A DNA stretch of 61,447 nucleotides, filler included. It is 4 parts of 4 records of this genome, joined end to end, with 100 filler letters (N's around TTAATTAATTAA, not from the genome) between each part and the next. Parts side by side here need not be neighbours in the genome. Positions count along the whole stretch, not along the records: positions 1 to 30,958 come from DRR723986_10723; 3 more parts are not named here. One strand, written 5' to 3'. Both the position numbers and the translations under genes were made by a program. Below the pieces are notes generated by a model. The model saw only the letters and a program-made list of their open reading frames with translations, ran no database searches and was not told where the DNA came from. Shown here piece by piece: positions 18,778 to 29,302 of the stretch (its first letter is position 1; each line of letters begins with the position of its first letter).

Positions 18778-20967
18778 TTATTGCAGTAGCGCGAGGCTTT
18801 GGTTGGCCAAGCGAATACGCAAGGCCAGTTCCCGGGCGAGGTTGTTTTGGAGAATCTGGCTTAATTCGGGTTGATGTTCAAGCAAGTGGTCAAATTGTGC
18901 AGTGGGCAGAAAAAGCAGTGTGCAGTCGGTGTCCGCGCGCACTGTAGCTGAACGTGGTTTTCGGTCAATCAGTGCCATTTCGCCGACCATGCTGCCGGGG
19001 CAAAATCGCATCAGTCTTTCATTGCTGTGGCCAGTGCGGTGCCACGCACTTAATTGCCCTTGCAGCAGCACATACAGGCCGCAAGGCTCGGCGCCTTCAG
19101 TGAATAGGGCTTGGCCAGTGGGCAGCCCTGTGGTTTGCCAGTGCTGATAAAAGGTTTGTGTTTGTGCCGGGGTCATGTGGTCGCACAGGTGGCTGTTCTC
19201 TAGCGCGTTGTCGGTGCTGCATGCCATGTTCTCGACCGCTGTTTGACCCAGTAACCGGTTCTCAATGTGCCAAAAGGCGTCGTCGATGTGGCCTTGTATG
19301 GCGATGCCCAAACGGGTCAGGCAATTGCGCAGTAGAAGGTCGCCGCCCATGGCTTGTTCGTGTGTGGGCAGTACGGCCACGGTTTGGGTGCGTGGCAACC
19401 CTTGTTTGAAAAGCCGCTCAAGGCAGTCGCAGGCGGTGTCGTCAATGTAGCGCAGGTGGGTGAAATCGAGCACAGCGGATTGCGCCGGTGCCAATTCGTC
19501 TTGTAGTCGTATTGCAATGGCAGGGGCATTGCCAAAAAACAGATTGCCCTCAAAGCGTACCCAGGCCAAGTGTTCAAAGGCGGCGTCGAGTTGTTGGCGG
19601 TGGGCGCGCGGGCGCATGCTGCGTGAACGTGCCGCGGGCCTGAATTCAATGCTGCGCAAACCGCTGCCGGATTGTTGTTGCAGAAAGTAGGCGGCTACAA
19701 AAAGCACGCCGACCAAGGTGCCGATGAGCAAATTGCTGATCCCGGTGACAAATACCATGCTGAGCACCACCCACACGGTGAAGCGTTCTGTGGGTGCCAT
19801 TTGCTTGCGCGTTTTGGGCGTGGCAAACCGCTTCAGCAGGCGCAGCGTGCTGCCCTGAATCAGAAAGAGCGAACTGACTGCCACCGCAGTGGCAAGAATG
19901 TGCAGGGGCAGCTGAGCCAGAATTGGCCAGCTGAACAGCAAAAGCAGGCCCAGCAGGCCCACGTACCAGGCTTCGCTTTGGCGGTGCTGGGCGCCTACAC
20001 CCAGGGCAGCGTTGCTTCTGGAAAAGTAGTTTGAGCTGGGCAGCGCCAAGGCCAGGCCGCACAGAACATTGGCCAGTGCCAGGGTGTTCAATTCTCGGCG
20101 GGTGTTGTGCCGGGTGCCGAGCGTTTGGTCGACTTGCAACAGCGATTGCATGCTTTCCAGCACCACCAGCAAGGCCAGCACCGCCGCCCCCACCAACACT
20201 TGAAGCAGCAGGCCAGGTGTACCCAGCAACAAGGCAGACACCTGTTGAACGCTGCCCACAAGGCTGGTTGTATCCAGGTTTTGCCACAATGGGTGGTTGG
20301 GCATGGCGGCTACGGTTTGCACGGGCAATGTGCCGGGCCATGCCCACAGCAGCACGCCGTGCAGCGCAAAGCCGCAGGCCAGGCCGTACACCAGGCCGAG
20401 AGGGTTGGGGCGTATGGCGCGGAAGTACAGCAATACTGACACCGTGATTGCTGACACGCTGAGTGCCATGGGAGAGAACAGCGATGCTGTATTCAGGGCT
20501 TGCAGGGCGGTGGTGTACACAGCAAAGCCCAGCATGGCGGGCAGCAATTTGTAGGCTGAGAAAAGACCCAGTGTGGTGTTCATGCCAATGAGTACCGGGG
20601 CTGGCAAAAACTGCATCAGTTTGCCCACACCCTGTTGTTGAGCCAGTGCAATCAACAGTCCGGCCAGTGTTATTTCCAGTGCCAACAACAGCATAAGTTC
20701 TGTGTGGTTGCTGGTTATTTGCAGAAAACCGAGCAAGGAGCCCGCGACAATCAGTGCCGTTGAAGAACGTGGTCCACCGAATTGAACAGGCGCTTTCCCG
20801 AGCAGGGCGCCCATGAAGCCGCCGATGAGTGCGCTGGCCAAGCCTGCGTAAATGCCATAAGCCAAGCCGGCCTGACCCAATGGGGCAAAGGCCAGCATGC
20901 CATACACAATTGCCTGAGCGTATCCACCGAATGCGACCAGTGCGCCCGCTTTGAATTCGGTGTTCAA
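18778..20967 (-). CDS. SulP/SLC26 anion transporter with STAS and cyclic-nucleotide-binding domains
   Basis: Multi-TM N-terminus (GGPRS, FLPAPVLIG), RFEGNLFFGNA and LDFTHLRYID (STAS), GEMALIDRKPRSATV (cNMP). TTG start. Confidence 0.9.
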   Translation of the reverse strand: MNTEFKAGALVAFGGYAQAIVYGMLAFAPLGQAGLAYGIYAGLASALIGGFMGALLGKAPVQFGGPRSSTALIVAGSLLGFLQITSNHTELMLLLALEITLAGLLIALAQQQGVGKLMQFLPAPVLIGMNTTLGLFSAYKLLPAMLGFAVYTTALQALNTASLFSPMALSVSAITVSVLLYFRAIRPNPLGLVYGLACGFALHGVLLWAWPGTLPVQTVAAMPNHPLWQNLDTTSLVGSVQQVSALLLGTPGLLLQVLVGAAVLALLVVLESMQSLLQVDQTLGTRHNTRRELNTLALANVLCGLALALPSSNYFSRSNAALGVGAQHRQSEAWYVGLLGLLLLFSWPILAQLPLHILATAVAVSSLFLIQGSTLRLLKRFATPKTRKQMAPTERFTVWVVLSMVFVTGISNLLIGTLVGVLFVAAYFLQQQSGSGLRSIEFRPAARSRSMRPRAHRQQLDAAFEHLAWVRFEGNLFFGNAPAIAIRLQDELAPAQSAVLDFTHLRYIDDTACDCLERLFKQGLPRTQTVAVLPTHEQAMGGDLLLRNCLTRLGIAIQGHIDDAFWHIENRLLGQTAVENMACSTDNALENSHLCDHMTPAQTQTFYQHWQTTGLPTGQALFTEGAEPCGLYVLLQGQLSAWHRTGHSNERLMRFCPGSMVGEMALIDRKPRSATVRADTDCTLLFLPTAQFDHLLEHQPELSQILQNNLARELALRIRLANQSLALLQ

Positions 20968-21019
20968 GGAAGAATTCGCGCAGCCGAAGTTGAGTTGAAC
21001 TTAGTCTACGCGAATTGCA

Positions 21020-22531
21020 TTATTTCGAGGTGGGCATGACGAATTCAGCACCTTTCTCGATGCTGTCTGGCCAGCGCTGCATGATGGATTTCTGGCGGGT
21101 GTAGAAGCGAACACCCTCTTCGCCGTAGGCGTGCATGTCGCCGAACAGGCTTGCCTTCCAGCCGCCGAAGCCGTGCCAGGCCATGGGCACTGGAATGGGT
21201 ACGTTGATGCCCACCATGCCCACCTGAACCTGACGGCCAAATTCACGCGCTACGTTGCCGTCGCGGGTGTAGCAACTCACACCGTTGCCGTATTGATGGC
21301 TGTTGATCAAATCCAGGCCTTCTGCAAAATTGGCCACACGCACGCAGCTGAGCACAGGCCCGAAAATTTCTTCCAGGTAAATGCGCATGTTGGGCTTGAC
21401 GTGGTCGAACAAAGTGCCGCCGGTATAAAAGCCATTTTCGAAACCAGCTGGTTTTTGGCCGCGACCATCCACAACCAATGTGGCGCCTTCTTCCACGCCA
21501 ATTTGTACGTAGTCTTCGATGCGTTTCAAAGCCTCGGCGGTCACAATTGGTCCCATCTCAGCTGACAAATCCATGCCGTCGGTCACTTTCAGGGTTTTCA
21601 GGCGTGCGGCCAGTTTGGGGATCAGTTTGTCGCCCACATCGCCCACCATCACCGCCACGGAAATGGCCATGCAACGTTCACCCGCGCTGCCGTAAGCGGC
21701 ACCGATGAGTGCGTCGGTGACCTGGTCCAAATCTGCATCGGGCATGACCAACAGGTGGTTTTTCGCGCCACCCAGGGCTTGCACGCGCTTGCCGTTGCGG
21801 GCGCCTGTTTCATAAATGAATTTGGCAATCGGCGTGGAGCCCACAAAGCTGAGCGCCGCCACGTCGGGGTGATTCAGCAGGGTTTCCACGGCCAGTTTGT
21901 CACCATGAACCACGTTGAATACGCCGTCGGGCAGACCCGCTTCTTTCAGCAATCGGGCCATGAAGTTGCCAGCGCTGGGGTCGCGTTCGCTGGGTTTGAG
22001 TACAAAGGTGTTGCCGCAGGCAATCGCCACGGGAAACATCCAGCACGGCACCATGCAGGGGAAGTTGAACGGGGTAATGCCGGCCACCACGCCCACAGGC
22101 TGGCGCAGGGTCCAGTTGTCGATGTTGGTTGAAACCTGTTCGGTGTAGTCGCCTTTCAACAACTGCGGGATGCCGCAGGCGAATTCAATGATGTCGATAC
22201 CACGGCTAACTTCGCCCTGCGCATCGGTAAACACTTTGCCGTGCTCGGCCGTGATGATGGCGGCCAGTTCGTCGCGGTGCTGGTTCATCAAGGCCAAAAA
22301 TTTGTTCATGATGCGCACGCGCTGAAGCGGCGGCTTGTTGGCCCAGGCAGGCAAGGCGGCTTTGGCAGCCTGCACGGCTTTGTTCACGGTGGCGACATCC
22401 GCCAATTCAACCTGGCGGGCAACCTTACCCAGCGACGGGTTGAACACATTGGCTGTTTTGCTGCCAGCCACACTCACGGAATCGCCGTTGATGAAGTGCG
22501 TGACAGTTTGATCGTTCTTGTAGGGTTGCAT
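21020..22531 (-). CDS. mmsA: CoA-acylating methylmalonate-semialdehyde dehydrogenase
   Basis: [53 protein letters not shown]. Confidence 0.96.
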   Translation of the reverse strand: MQPYKNDQTVTHFINGDSVSVAGSKTANVFNPSLGKVARQVELADVATVNKAVQAAKAALPAWANKPPLQRVRIMNKFLALMNQHRDELAAIITAEHGKVFTDAQGEVSRGIDIIEFACGIPQLLKGDYTEQVSTNIDNWTLRQPVGVVAGITPFNFPCMVPCWMFPVAIACGNTFVLKPSERDPSAGNFMARLLKEAGLPDGVFNVVHGDKLAVETLLNHPDVAALSFVGSTPIAKFIYETGARNGKRVQALGGAKNHLLVMPDADLDQVTDALIGAAYGSAGERCMAISVAVMVGDVGDKLIPKLAARLKTLKVTDGMDLSAEMGPIVTAEALKRIEDYVQIGVEEGATLVVDGRGQKPAGFENGFYTGGTLFDHVKPNMRIYLEEIFGPVLSCVRVANFAEGLDLINSHQYGNGVSCYTRDGNVAREFGRQVQVGMVGINVPIPVPMAWHGFGGWKASLFGDMHAYGEEGVRFYTRQKSIMQRWPDSIEKGAEFVMPTSK

Positions 22532-22652
22532 GTGACTGGGCCTGCTTGTTTGCTTCTGAAGCTGCTTATTGTCGCGCAAGCGGGGCACGGGTTGAATCGG
22601 TGCTAACACCAAGCTTCCGGAAATTTTCGATGAGCGCACCATGCACTGGCAG

Positions 22653-22736
22653 TTTACTGAGCCCTGTCAGTAAAGCCCTGATTTTTAATCCAATTGTGTT
22701 TGCCGGAGGTATTACTGACATAAGGCCTGTCACTAA
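22653..22736. promoter_or_regulatory. Two related palindromes upstream of the acylase; putative repressor operators
   Basis: TTTACTGA-GCCCTG-TCAGTAAA (22653-22674) and TTACTGACA-TAAGGCC-TGTCACTAA (22712-22736). Confidence 0.55.
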
Positions 22737-22748
22737 GGTGGGCCCAGA

Positions 22749-25469
22749 ATGAAAGCAGAGGAGACAGCAGTGATTACAGGCTTGACGAACAAGGCCGCGT
22801 TGCGGCGTGGGCTACGGGTGGGGGCAGCCACTGTTGCCTTGTTGGCGTTGGCAGGCTGCCTGGGCAGCAGCAACAACGACATCGCTGGCACCGATGGTCG
22901 AACCAATCCGAATGAGAACCCCAACCTGAAGTACGACGTGAGCATTACCCGCACGACTTACGGTGTCCCACACATTCGAGCCAAGGATTACGGCAGCTTG
23001 GGTTACGGGCAGGGTTACGCCTTTGCGCAAGACAACCTCTGTGTATTTCTCGAGGACCTGTTGACCATTCGAGGCGAGCGTTCACGCTTCTTTGGCCCCA
23101 ACGGCACCTACACCATTGAACCCAATGGTTCCACTGCCAACAACGTGGCCAGCGACTTTTTCTGGAAAAGCCTGTTTGCCTATGAGGAAGAAAGCGCGGA
23201 TGGTGTGATCCGCAATGCATGGCAGCGCACCCGCGACAAAACCATTCCCGATTTTCAGAATGTGGTGGCCGGTTATGCCGATGGCGTGAACCGCTACATT
23301 GCCGAACTGAAAGCCGGGGAGCATGAGTATGAGCAGGCCGACGGCAGCAAGGTGCCCGCGCATGCCGCGTGTGCTGATGCTGAATGGTTGGCTCCAATTA
23401 CCACGGATGACATGTATCGCCGATTTGTTCGCCTCGCTGTATTGGCCAGCAGCTCGGTGTTTGTGACTGAAATCGGCAATGCCCAACCTCCTGGTGTTTT
23501 GCCCGGTTTGCCCAGTGGCGGTGGTTCCCCTTCGCTACCTTTGGCCAGTGCAGGGAAAAAGGCAAAAAACCCCAGCGTGGCCGAGCAAGTGGCCTTGCTG
23601 AAAGCCAACCCGAACCCGTTCACTGCCATGCAGAACAAGGATCATTTTGGCAGCAATATGTATGCGTTTGGCAAAGACGCAACCGCCAATGGCCAGTCGC
23701 TGGTGTATGGCAACCCCCACTTTCCATGGAAGGGTACAGAGCGTTTGTACCTGAGCCACAATATTCTGGAACTCAATGGCGAAAAGGCCATGGACATCAT
23801 GGGTGTAGGGCTGTACGGCGTGCCCGCGGTGTTGATTGGCTTTAACGAGCATGTGGCCTGGAGCCACACGGTTTCCACGGCTTTCCGATTTACGCTTTAT
23901 CAGTTGCAGATCAACCCAGCCAACCCCACCCAGTACATGTACGAGGGTGAGATGCGCGACATGATTGCCTTGCCAATCGAAATTGAGGTGAAGCAGGCCG
24001 ATGGAAGCATCACCAAAATGCAGCGCACCATGTATCGCAGCCATTACGGGCCGATGTTGGTGCTGGAGGCCAGCGGAGTGCCGGTGCTGGGCTGGAACCA
24101 GTTGATGGCATTTACGCTTCGCGATGCAAACCTGGAGAATGACCGACTAATCAACCAGTTTGCCAAGTGGAACCTTGCCAAATCCCTGGAAGAGTTTATC
24201 GGCTTGCATGGTAGTGAACTGGGTGTGCCTTGGGTAAACACCGTGGCCAGTGGCCCGGGCAAGCCTGCTTACTATGGTGACGTGACTGTGGTGCCGCATG
24301 TGACCGATGAAAAAATTGCCGATTGTGCAGCAGAACCTTTCAACACGGTGGTGGGACAGCTTTCACCGGGCCTGCCAGTATTGAATGGCTCACGGGAAGC
24401 CTGTGAATGGGGCAGTGATCCTGATGCGCCCGCACCCGGCATTTTTGGCCCGGGCAATTTGCCCACCTTGCAGCGCGACGATTACGTGACCAACTGCAAC
24501 GACAGCTATTGGCTAAGCAACCCACGTCAGCCGCTGACTGGTTTTAACCGGATTATTGGTGATGAAAATGCGGAGCGTACCTTGCGCACCCGCTTGTGCA
24601 CCCTGCAAGCGGAACGCCGTTTGGGCGGGGCTGATGGCCTGCCCGGCAACCGTTTTACGCAAGACAACCTGAAAGACATTGCGCTGAACAGCGAAATTTA
24701 TTCCGCCACTTTGGCCAAGCAATCGGTGGTGGATGCGCTGTGCCAGGTGCCCGTGTTGTTGAGCACCAGTTTGATGCCGGTGCAAACCGCAGATGCTTGT
24801 GCTGCTTTGGGTGCGTGGGACGGCAAGGCCAATCTGGACAGCAAAGGCGCGCACCTGTGGCGCGAGTTCTGGAGTCGCGCGATTGCCAACCCTGGTGGCT
24901 TGCCCGTGGGCGTGCCTCAACTGCATTTGCCGTTCGACGTGCCAGTGCCTTTGTCGTTGCCAACCAACCTGTGGGCAAATGGCTTTAATGCGGCTGATCC
25001 AGTCAATACGCCCAACACTTTGAATATTGCCAATCCATTCACTTCAGCGGCCTTGGCGGATGCAATTTTGGCGGTTCAGGCGGCAGGTTTTGCGCTGGAC
25101 GAGCCGCTGGGCAATATTCAGAAGTCCGGTGTGCAGGCCAGCGCCACGCCAATTTTTGGCGGCACGAGCCCCGAGGGTGCGTTCACCATTGTGAGCACGG
25201 AACCCAGTCGCCTGAATTCGGAAGGTTACAAAGTGACTTACGGCAACAGTTACATTCAGGCCGTGACCTGGGATGACAATGGCAAACCCCAAGCGGATGC
25301 CATGTTGACTTATTCATTGTCGACTGACCCGGCCAACCCACACTTTGATGACTACACCAAAGCCTATTCCCAGAAAAACTGGGCTCGTCTGCCCTACACG
25401 GAGGCGCAAATTCAAGCAGCAAAAGTGGGCCAAACCAAGGTGCTTCGCGTGCCAAGGGCGCCAAACTGA
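22749..25469 (+). CDS. Ntn-hydrolase acylase (penicillin acylase / PvdQ-AhlM / aculeacin A acylase family), predicted lipoprotein
   Basis: Lipobox LAGC, RTTYGVPHI, GYGQGYAFAQDN, Pro/Gly-rich spacer, GSNMYAFG (beta-subunit Ser nucleophile), GNPHFPW, AWSHTVS, NCNDSYW, GNSYIQ. Confidence 0.93.
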   Translation: MKAEETAVITGLTNKAALRRGLRVGAATVALLALAGCLGSSNNDIAGTDGRTNPNENPNLKYDVSITRTTYGVPHIRAKDYGSLGYGQGYAFAQDNLCVFLEDLLTIRGERSRFFGPNGTYTIEPNGSTANNVASDFFWKSLFAYEEESADGVIRNAWQRTRDKTIPDFQNVVAGYADGVNRYIAELKAGEHEYEQADGSKVPAHAACADAEWLAPITTDDMYRRFVRLAVLASSSVFVTEIGNAQPPGVLPGLPSGGGSPSLPLASAGKKAKNPSVAEQVALLKANPNPFTAMQNKDHFGSNMYAFGKDATANGQSLVYGNPHFPWKGTERLYLSHNILELNGEKAMDIMGVGLYGVPAVLIGFNEHVAWSHTVSTAFRFTLYQLQINPANPTQYMYEGEMRDMIALPIEIEVKQADGSITKMQRTMYRSHYGPMLVLEASGVPVLGWNQLMAFTLRDANLENDRLINQFAKWNLAKSLEEFIGLHGSELGVPWVNTVASGPGKPAYYGDVTVVPHVTDEKIADCAAEPFNTVVGQLSPGLPVLNGSREACEWGSDPDAPAPGIFGPGNLPTLQRDDYVTNCNDSYWLSNPRQPLTGFNRIIGDENAERTLRTRLCTLQAERRLGGADGLPGNRFTQDNLKDIALNSEIYSATLAKQSVVDALCQVPVLLSTSLMPVQTADACAALGAWDGKANLDSKGAHLWREFWSRAIANPGGLPVGVPQLHLPFDVPVPLSLPTNLWANGFNAADPVNTPNTLNIANPFTSAALADAILAVQAAGFALDEPLGNIQKSGVQASATPIFGGTSPEGAFTIVSTEPSRLNSEGYKVTYGNSYIQAVTWDDNGKPQADAMLTYSLSTDPANPHFDDYTKAYSQKNWARLPYTEAQIQAAKVGQTKVLRVPRAPN

Positions 25470-25478
25470 ATGGGTTAA

Positions 25479-25513
25479 AAATGTTAAATTGATAATAATT
25501 GTAAAGTAACAAA
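25479..25513 (+). repeat. Copy A of a 35-bp conserved upstream motif
   Basis: AAATGTTAAATTGATAATAATTGTAAAGTAACAAA; 31 of 35 positions identical to 29301-29335. Confidence 0.9.
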
Positions 25514-25515
25514 TT

Positions 25516-25538
25516 AAGGGGGCGAATGCCCCCTTTTT
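25516..25538 (+). terminator. Hairpin / intrinsic terminator after the acylase
   Basis: AAGGGGGC-GAAT-GCCCCCTT followed by Ts. Confidence 0.8.
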
Positions 25539-25601
25539 CTCGGATACCCGGTTTGTAAAACGCGCAATGTGAGCAAGTTATCACTCTGATTTCAAAGCAT
25601 C

Positions 25602-26591
25602 ATGTCCAATCGTTTGCCCATTGCGCGTATTTCTTCTGCCCTGTTTTGTGCACTTATGGGTTTGTCTTCTTTGGGTTGGGCCAGTGAACCACGCATTGCT
25701 GTTTCCAAGTCGCCTTTGTCCTTGCCCTTTTTCGTGGCTGCGGAAAAGAACATGTTCGTCAAGCACAAAGTTGAACCTGTGCTGATTGAATGCCTGGGCG
25801 GCAATCGATGCGTGAAGGAATTGACGGAGGGGCGGGTCGACATGGCCACTTCGTCAGAATTGCCTTTCATGTTTGCCGTGTTTCAAGGCAAGCCGATCAG
25901 TTTGGTGACCACGTTTAACACCAACAAAGACGATATGAAGTTCCTGATCAGAAAAGCCGCCGTGAAAGGTGGTGCCAAAGATTTGGCGGGCAAACGAATT
26001 GGTTATGTTGAGAAAGCGTCGTCGCACTATTACATGGATTTATTCCTTCTCTACAACGGAATTGACCCAAAAACGACGGTGCCTGTGGCCATGGGTGCGG
26101 ACGCTTTGGCCAATGCCTTGGTGAGAGGTGAGGTGGATGCAATTTCGGTTTGGGAGCCTTGGGGACAGATTGCACTGAATCTGGGCGGTACCGATGTTGA
26201 AGTTCTCAATGCGCCGAAGCTCTACAGTCAAACTTTCAACCTGTTGGTCAGTAATGAATACCGTTTGGCTCAAATGCGCAAATCAACTGCTGTGCTCAGC
26301 GCGCTGGATGAGGCCATTCAGTTCATCAAAAAGAACCCGGATGAGGCCAAAGGGATTATGGCGCGCAAGGTGGGCATCGACTCTGAAACAGTCAAGGCCG
26401 CGTGGCCAACCTATCAATTTGAATTGACGTTGCAGCAGTCTTTGCTGAGCACTGTGCAAGGCCAGGCAAGGTGGGCCCGGCGTGAAGGGCATGTGGGCGC
26501 TGCTTTGCCCGAGCCGGAATTTCTGAACTTTGTAGATTCCAGCCTGTTGCGAAAAATTAAACCCAATGCTGTTGATTTTGTGTACCCATGA
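25602..26591 (+). CDS. Periplasmic substrate-binding protein, SsuA/NMT1/TauA-like (paralog 1)
   Basis: Signal peptide GWA, LPFFVA.EK, DLAGKRIG, GEVDAISVWEP, LSALDEAIQFIKKNPDEA. Confidence 0.88.
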   Translation: MSNRLPIARISSALFCALMGLSSLGWASEPRIAVSKSPLSLPFFVAAEKNMFVKHKVEPVLIECLGGNRCVKELTEGRVDMATSSELPFMFAVFQGKPISLVTTFNTNKDDMKFLIRKAAVKGGAKDLAGKRIGYVEKASSHYYMDLFLLYNGIDPKTTVPVAMGADALANALVRGEVDAISVWEPWGQIALNLGGTDVEVLNAPKLYSQTFNLLVSNEYRLAQMRKSTAVLSALDEAIQFIKKNPDEAKGIMARKVGIDSETVKAAWPTYQFELTLQQSLLSTVQGQARWARREGHVGAALPEPEFLNFVDSSLLRKIKPNAVDFVYP

Positions 26592-29302
26592 AACCGATCT
26601 TGAGACTTAAGCAAGGCGTATTGATTGCCTTGGTTTTGTTGGTTGGCCTCGCCGTGGTGGCCGTCGCTACTGTTGTTTCAATCGATCAGCAGCGTAACTA
26701 TGTGCTGGAGCAAAGCATTGCCGCGCGTAAAATTTCCCGCTTGTCTACCCGCATGCTGGTGTTGACGCACACCGCTTCGGAATACATGACCGAGACCAAT
26801 GTCCGTCAGTGGTGGGTGGTACATCAATCCATTTCCGATGAACTGGATCATCTGCATTTCTCCGATGAAAGTGGTGAGCTTTCTAGGCAGCTTGATGGGC
26901 GACTGGGTGACTTGGCTGCCTTGTTCAGTGGCTTCTCGCACCTGCAACATTCCGAACAACTGAACCTCGATGAGCGCCGCAATAGCGTGTTGACGGATCG
27001 CCTGATCTCCGAGGCCGAGCAGCTGGCCGAGTTGAGTTACAAAATTTCGGATACCGCTTTTGAGCGTCAAGAGGCCCTGACGCACCAGCGGAAAATGATT
27101 GTTTTGGTGTTTACGCTGCTGTTTGGCATCAATTCCTTTTTGCTGCTGCTGTTGATTCGTTACCGGGTGGTCAGACCCTTGGAGCAAATCGAGAACGCCG
27201 CGAATGCCATGTGTGCTGGCAACTTGAATTCGCGTTGCGGCTTGCCGGAAGGCGATGAGTTGGGCGATGTGGCTGCTGCGCTTGATTTACTGGCCCTTGA
27301 GTTGAACAACAAATTGGCCGATGTGACCTCGACTACCCACCTGTTGGAAGTGGCTGGGCGTATGTGTGGGGTGGGCGCATGGACACTCAATGTGAGCACC
27401 CATGAATTGACGTGGTCGAAACAAACCTATGCGATTGTCGAGGCCGACTTTACCCACCAGCCCACTTTGGAAGAGGCGATTGCGCTTTATCCCGAGGAAT
27501 CCGCCGCGAAGCTTTCCAAAGCGTTGGATGAGGCCGCCCGCACCGGCAGTGACGTGAACCTGGAACTGCAGTTGCGAACCTACAAAGGCAATTTGATTTG
27601 GGTGCATGTGTTTGGCGAAGTCACCTGGAAACTGGAAGGCACTTTGCGCAAACCCTGGATGATTCGGGGTGCGTTTCAGAACATCACGGAGCGCCGTCGA
27701 GTGGAGGAAGAAATTCGACAAGCCAAAGAGTTGGCTGAATCCGCCAGCAAAGCCAAGGGTGAGTTTTTGTCCAACATCAGCCATGAGATTCGGACTCCCC
27801 TCAATGCTGTGGTGGGTTTGGCTTATATTCTGAAGCAAAGCAAGCTGGATTCCTCGCAACTGGAATTCGTCGAAAAACTTGAAAATGCGGGGCGTGGCCT
27901 GATTGATTTGGTCAGCGGTGTACTGGATGTTTCAAAAATTGAAGCCGGGGCCATGGAGCTTGAAAAGCGACCTTTCTCCACCCGGCATTTGATGGATTCA
28001 CTCGCCGATTTGATGACTGGTGCAGTGGCTGACAAGTCGATTGAATTTGTGGTGTCAGTGGCACCCAATGTGCCTGACCACTTGGTGGGTGACGAGACCA
28101 AACTGCGACAGGTGTTGGTGAATTTGGCGGGCAATGCCATCAAGTTTACCGAGAACGGCTATGTGAAAGTGGGCGTGACGCTGGATCAACTGGACAAGCA
28201 ACATTGCGTGTTGCGTTTCATTATTCAAGACACAGGTTTGGGCATGGATGCGGGTGCAATGAAACGCCTGTTCCAGTCCTTCTCCCAGGCCGATTCATCG
28301 ATTTCGCGTCGTTTCGGTGGCACAGGCATTGGCTTGGCATTGAGCCAAAAACTGGTGGAATTGATGGGTGGCACCATTTCCGCTGTCAGTGCGCCCGGTC
28401 AAGGCAGCCTGTTTGCGTTTTCACTCATGTTGAGCCTCGATTCGCAAGCCAGTGCAAAGCCTGAGGTTTGTGAACTTGCTTATGACGTGATGCTGGTGGA
28501 CAGTTTTAAAACCCAGCTCGACAGTGTTGCCCACATGGTGGAGTGGACAGGTGTTGTTCCCCGATGTTTTGTTCACCCTGAGCTTGCCTTGAACTTGCCA
28601 CGCGACCAGCAACCACGACTGTTTGTAGTGAATGGTCAGCTGCATGACATGAATGGGCTGGAGTTCGCCAGGACATTGAAAGAATCGCATGGTCCGGCAA
28701 CCAAGGTGGTGTTGATGGTGAGACCCAAGGAGGTCGAATCGTTGCAGCCTGCATTGTCGGCTGGCCAACTTGACGCCGTCTTGACCAAGCCGGTTTCTTT
28801 CTCAGCGCTGAAAAACGTGTTGCAAGTGGTGTCTGGCACTGCTGCAGCGGCCAGTGGTACTGTCAACCGGCCAATGAATCAGAATGAGTTGGTTTTTCTT
28901 GCCGGGCTGACCGTGTTGGCTGTGGATGATCACAAACTGAATTTGATGATTCTGAAAAAGATTCTGGAAACCCATGGTGCCAAAGTCATTTTGGCGGAAT
29001 CGGGGCAGGCTGCGATTCAAGTGCTGAGCGAGCCCAACCACAACGATGTGGATGTGTGTTTGATGGATGTCCAAATGCCCGAGATGGATGGCATGGAAAC
29101 CTGCCTTTACCTTCGCGACCATCTGGGTCTGCGGCAGCTTCCCATTTTGGCATTGACAGCGGGTGTGATGGAGTCTGATCACCAACAGGCGCTGGCCGCT
29201 GGCATGGATGAAGTGCTGGTAAAGCCTTTGCAAATTGACAAGGTGCTGGACGCTGTCAAGCGGTGGGGCACACAACTGAGGCAGAGGGTTCCAATGCCAT
29301 AA
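26588..29302 (+). CDS. Hybrid sensor histidine kinase (TM-periplasmic-TM-HAMP-PAS-HisKA-HATPase-pseudoREC-REC)
   Basis: DELGDVA (HAMP), SHEIRTPLN, NLAGNAIKFT, DTGLGM, FSQAD, GGTGIGL, CLMDVQMPEMDG. ATGA overlap with the binding-protein gene. Confidence 0.95.
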   Translation: MKPILRLKQGVLIALVLLVGLAVVAVATVVSIDQQRNYVLEQSIAARKISRLSTRMLVLTHTASEYMTETNVRQWWVVHQSISDELDHLHFSDESGELSRQLDGRLGDLAALFSGFSHLQHSEQLNLDERRNSVLTDRLISEAEQLAELSYKISDTAFERQEALTHQRKMIVLVFTLLFGINSFLLLLLIRYRVVRPLEQIENAANAMCAGNLNSRCGLPEGDELGDVAAALDLLALELNNKLADVTSTTHLLEVAGRMCGVGAWTLNVSTHELTWSKQTYAIVEADFTHQPTLEEAIALYPEESAAKLSKALDEAARTGSDVNLELQLRTYKGNLIWVHVFGEVTWKLEGTLRKPWMIRGAFQNITERRRVEEEIRQAKELAESASKAKGEFLSNISHEIRTPLNAVVGLAYILKQSKLDSSQLEFVEKLENAGRGLIDLVSGVLDVSKIEAGAMELEKRPFSTRHLMDSLADLMTGAVADKSIEFVVSVAPNVPDHLVGDETKLRQVLVNLAGNAIKFTENGYVKVGVTLDQLDKQHCVLRFIIQDTGLGMDAGAMKRLFQSFSQADSSISRRFGGTGIGLALSQKLVELMGGTISAVSAPGQGSLFAFSLMLSLDSQASAKPEVCELAYDVMLVDSFKTQLDSVAHMVEWTGVVPRCFVHPELALNLPRDQQPRLFVVNGQLHDMNGLEFARTLKESHGPATKVVLMVRPKEVESLQPALSAGQLDAVLTKPVSFSALKNVLQVVSGTAAAASGTVNRPMNQNELVFLAGLTVLAVDDHKLNLMILKKILETHGAKVILAESGQAAIQVLSEPNHNDVDVCLMDVQMPEMDGMETCLYLRDHLGLRQLPILALTAGVMESDHQQALAAGMDEVLVKPLQIDKVLDAVKRWGTQLRQRVPMP

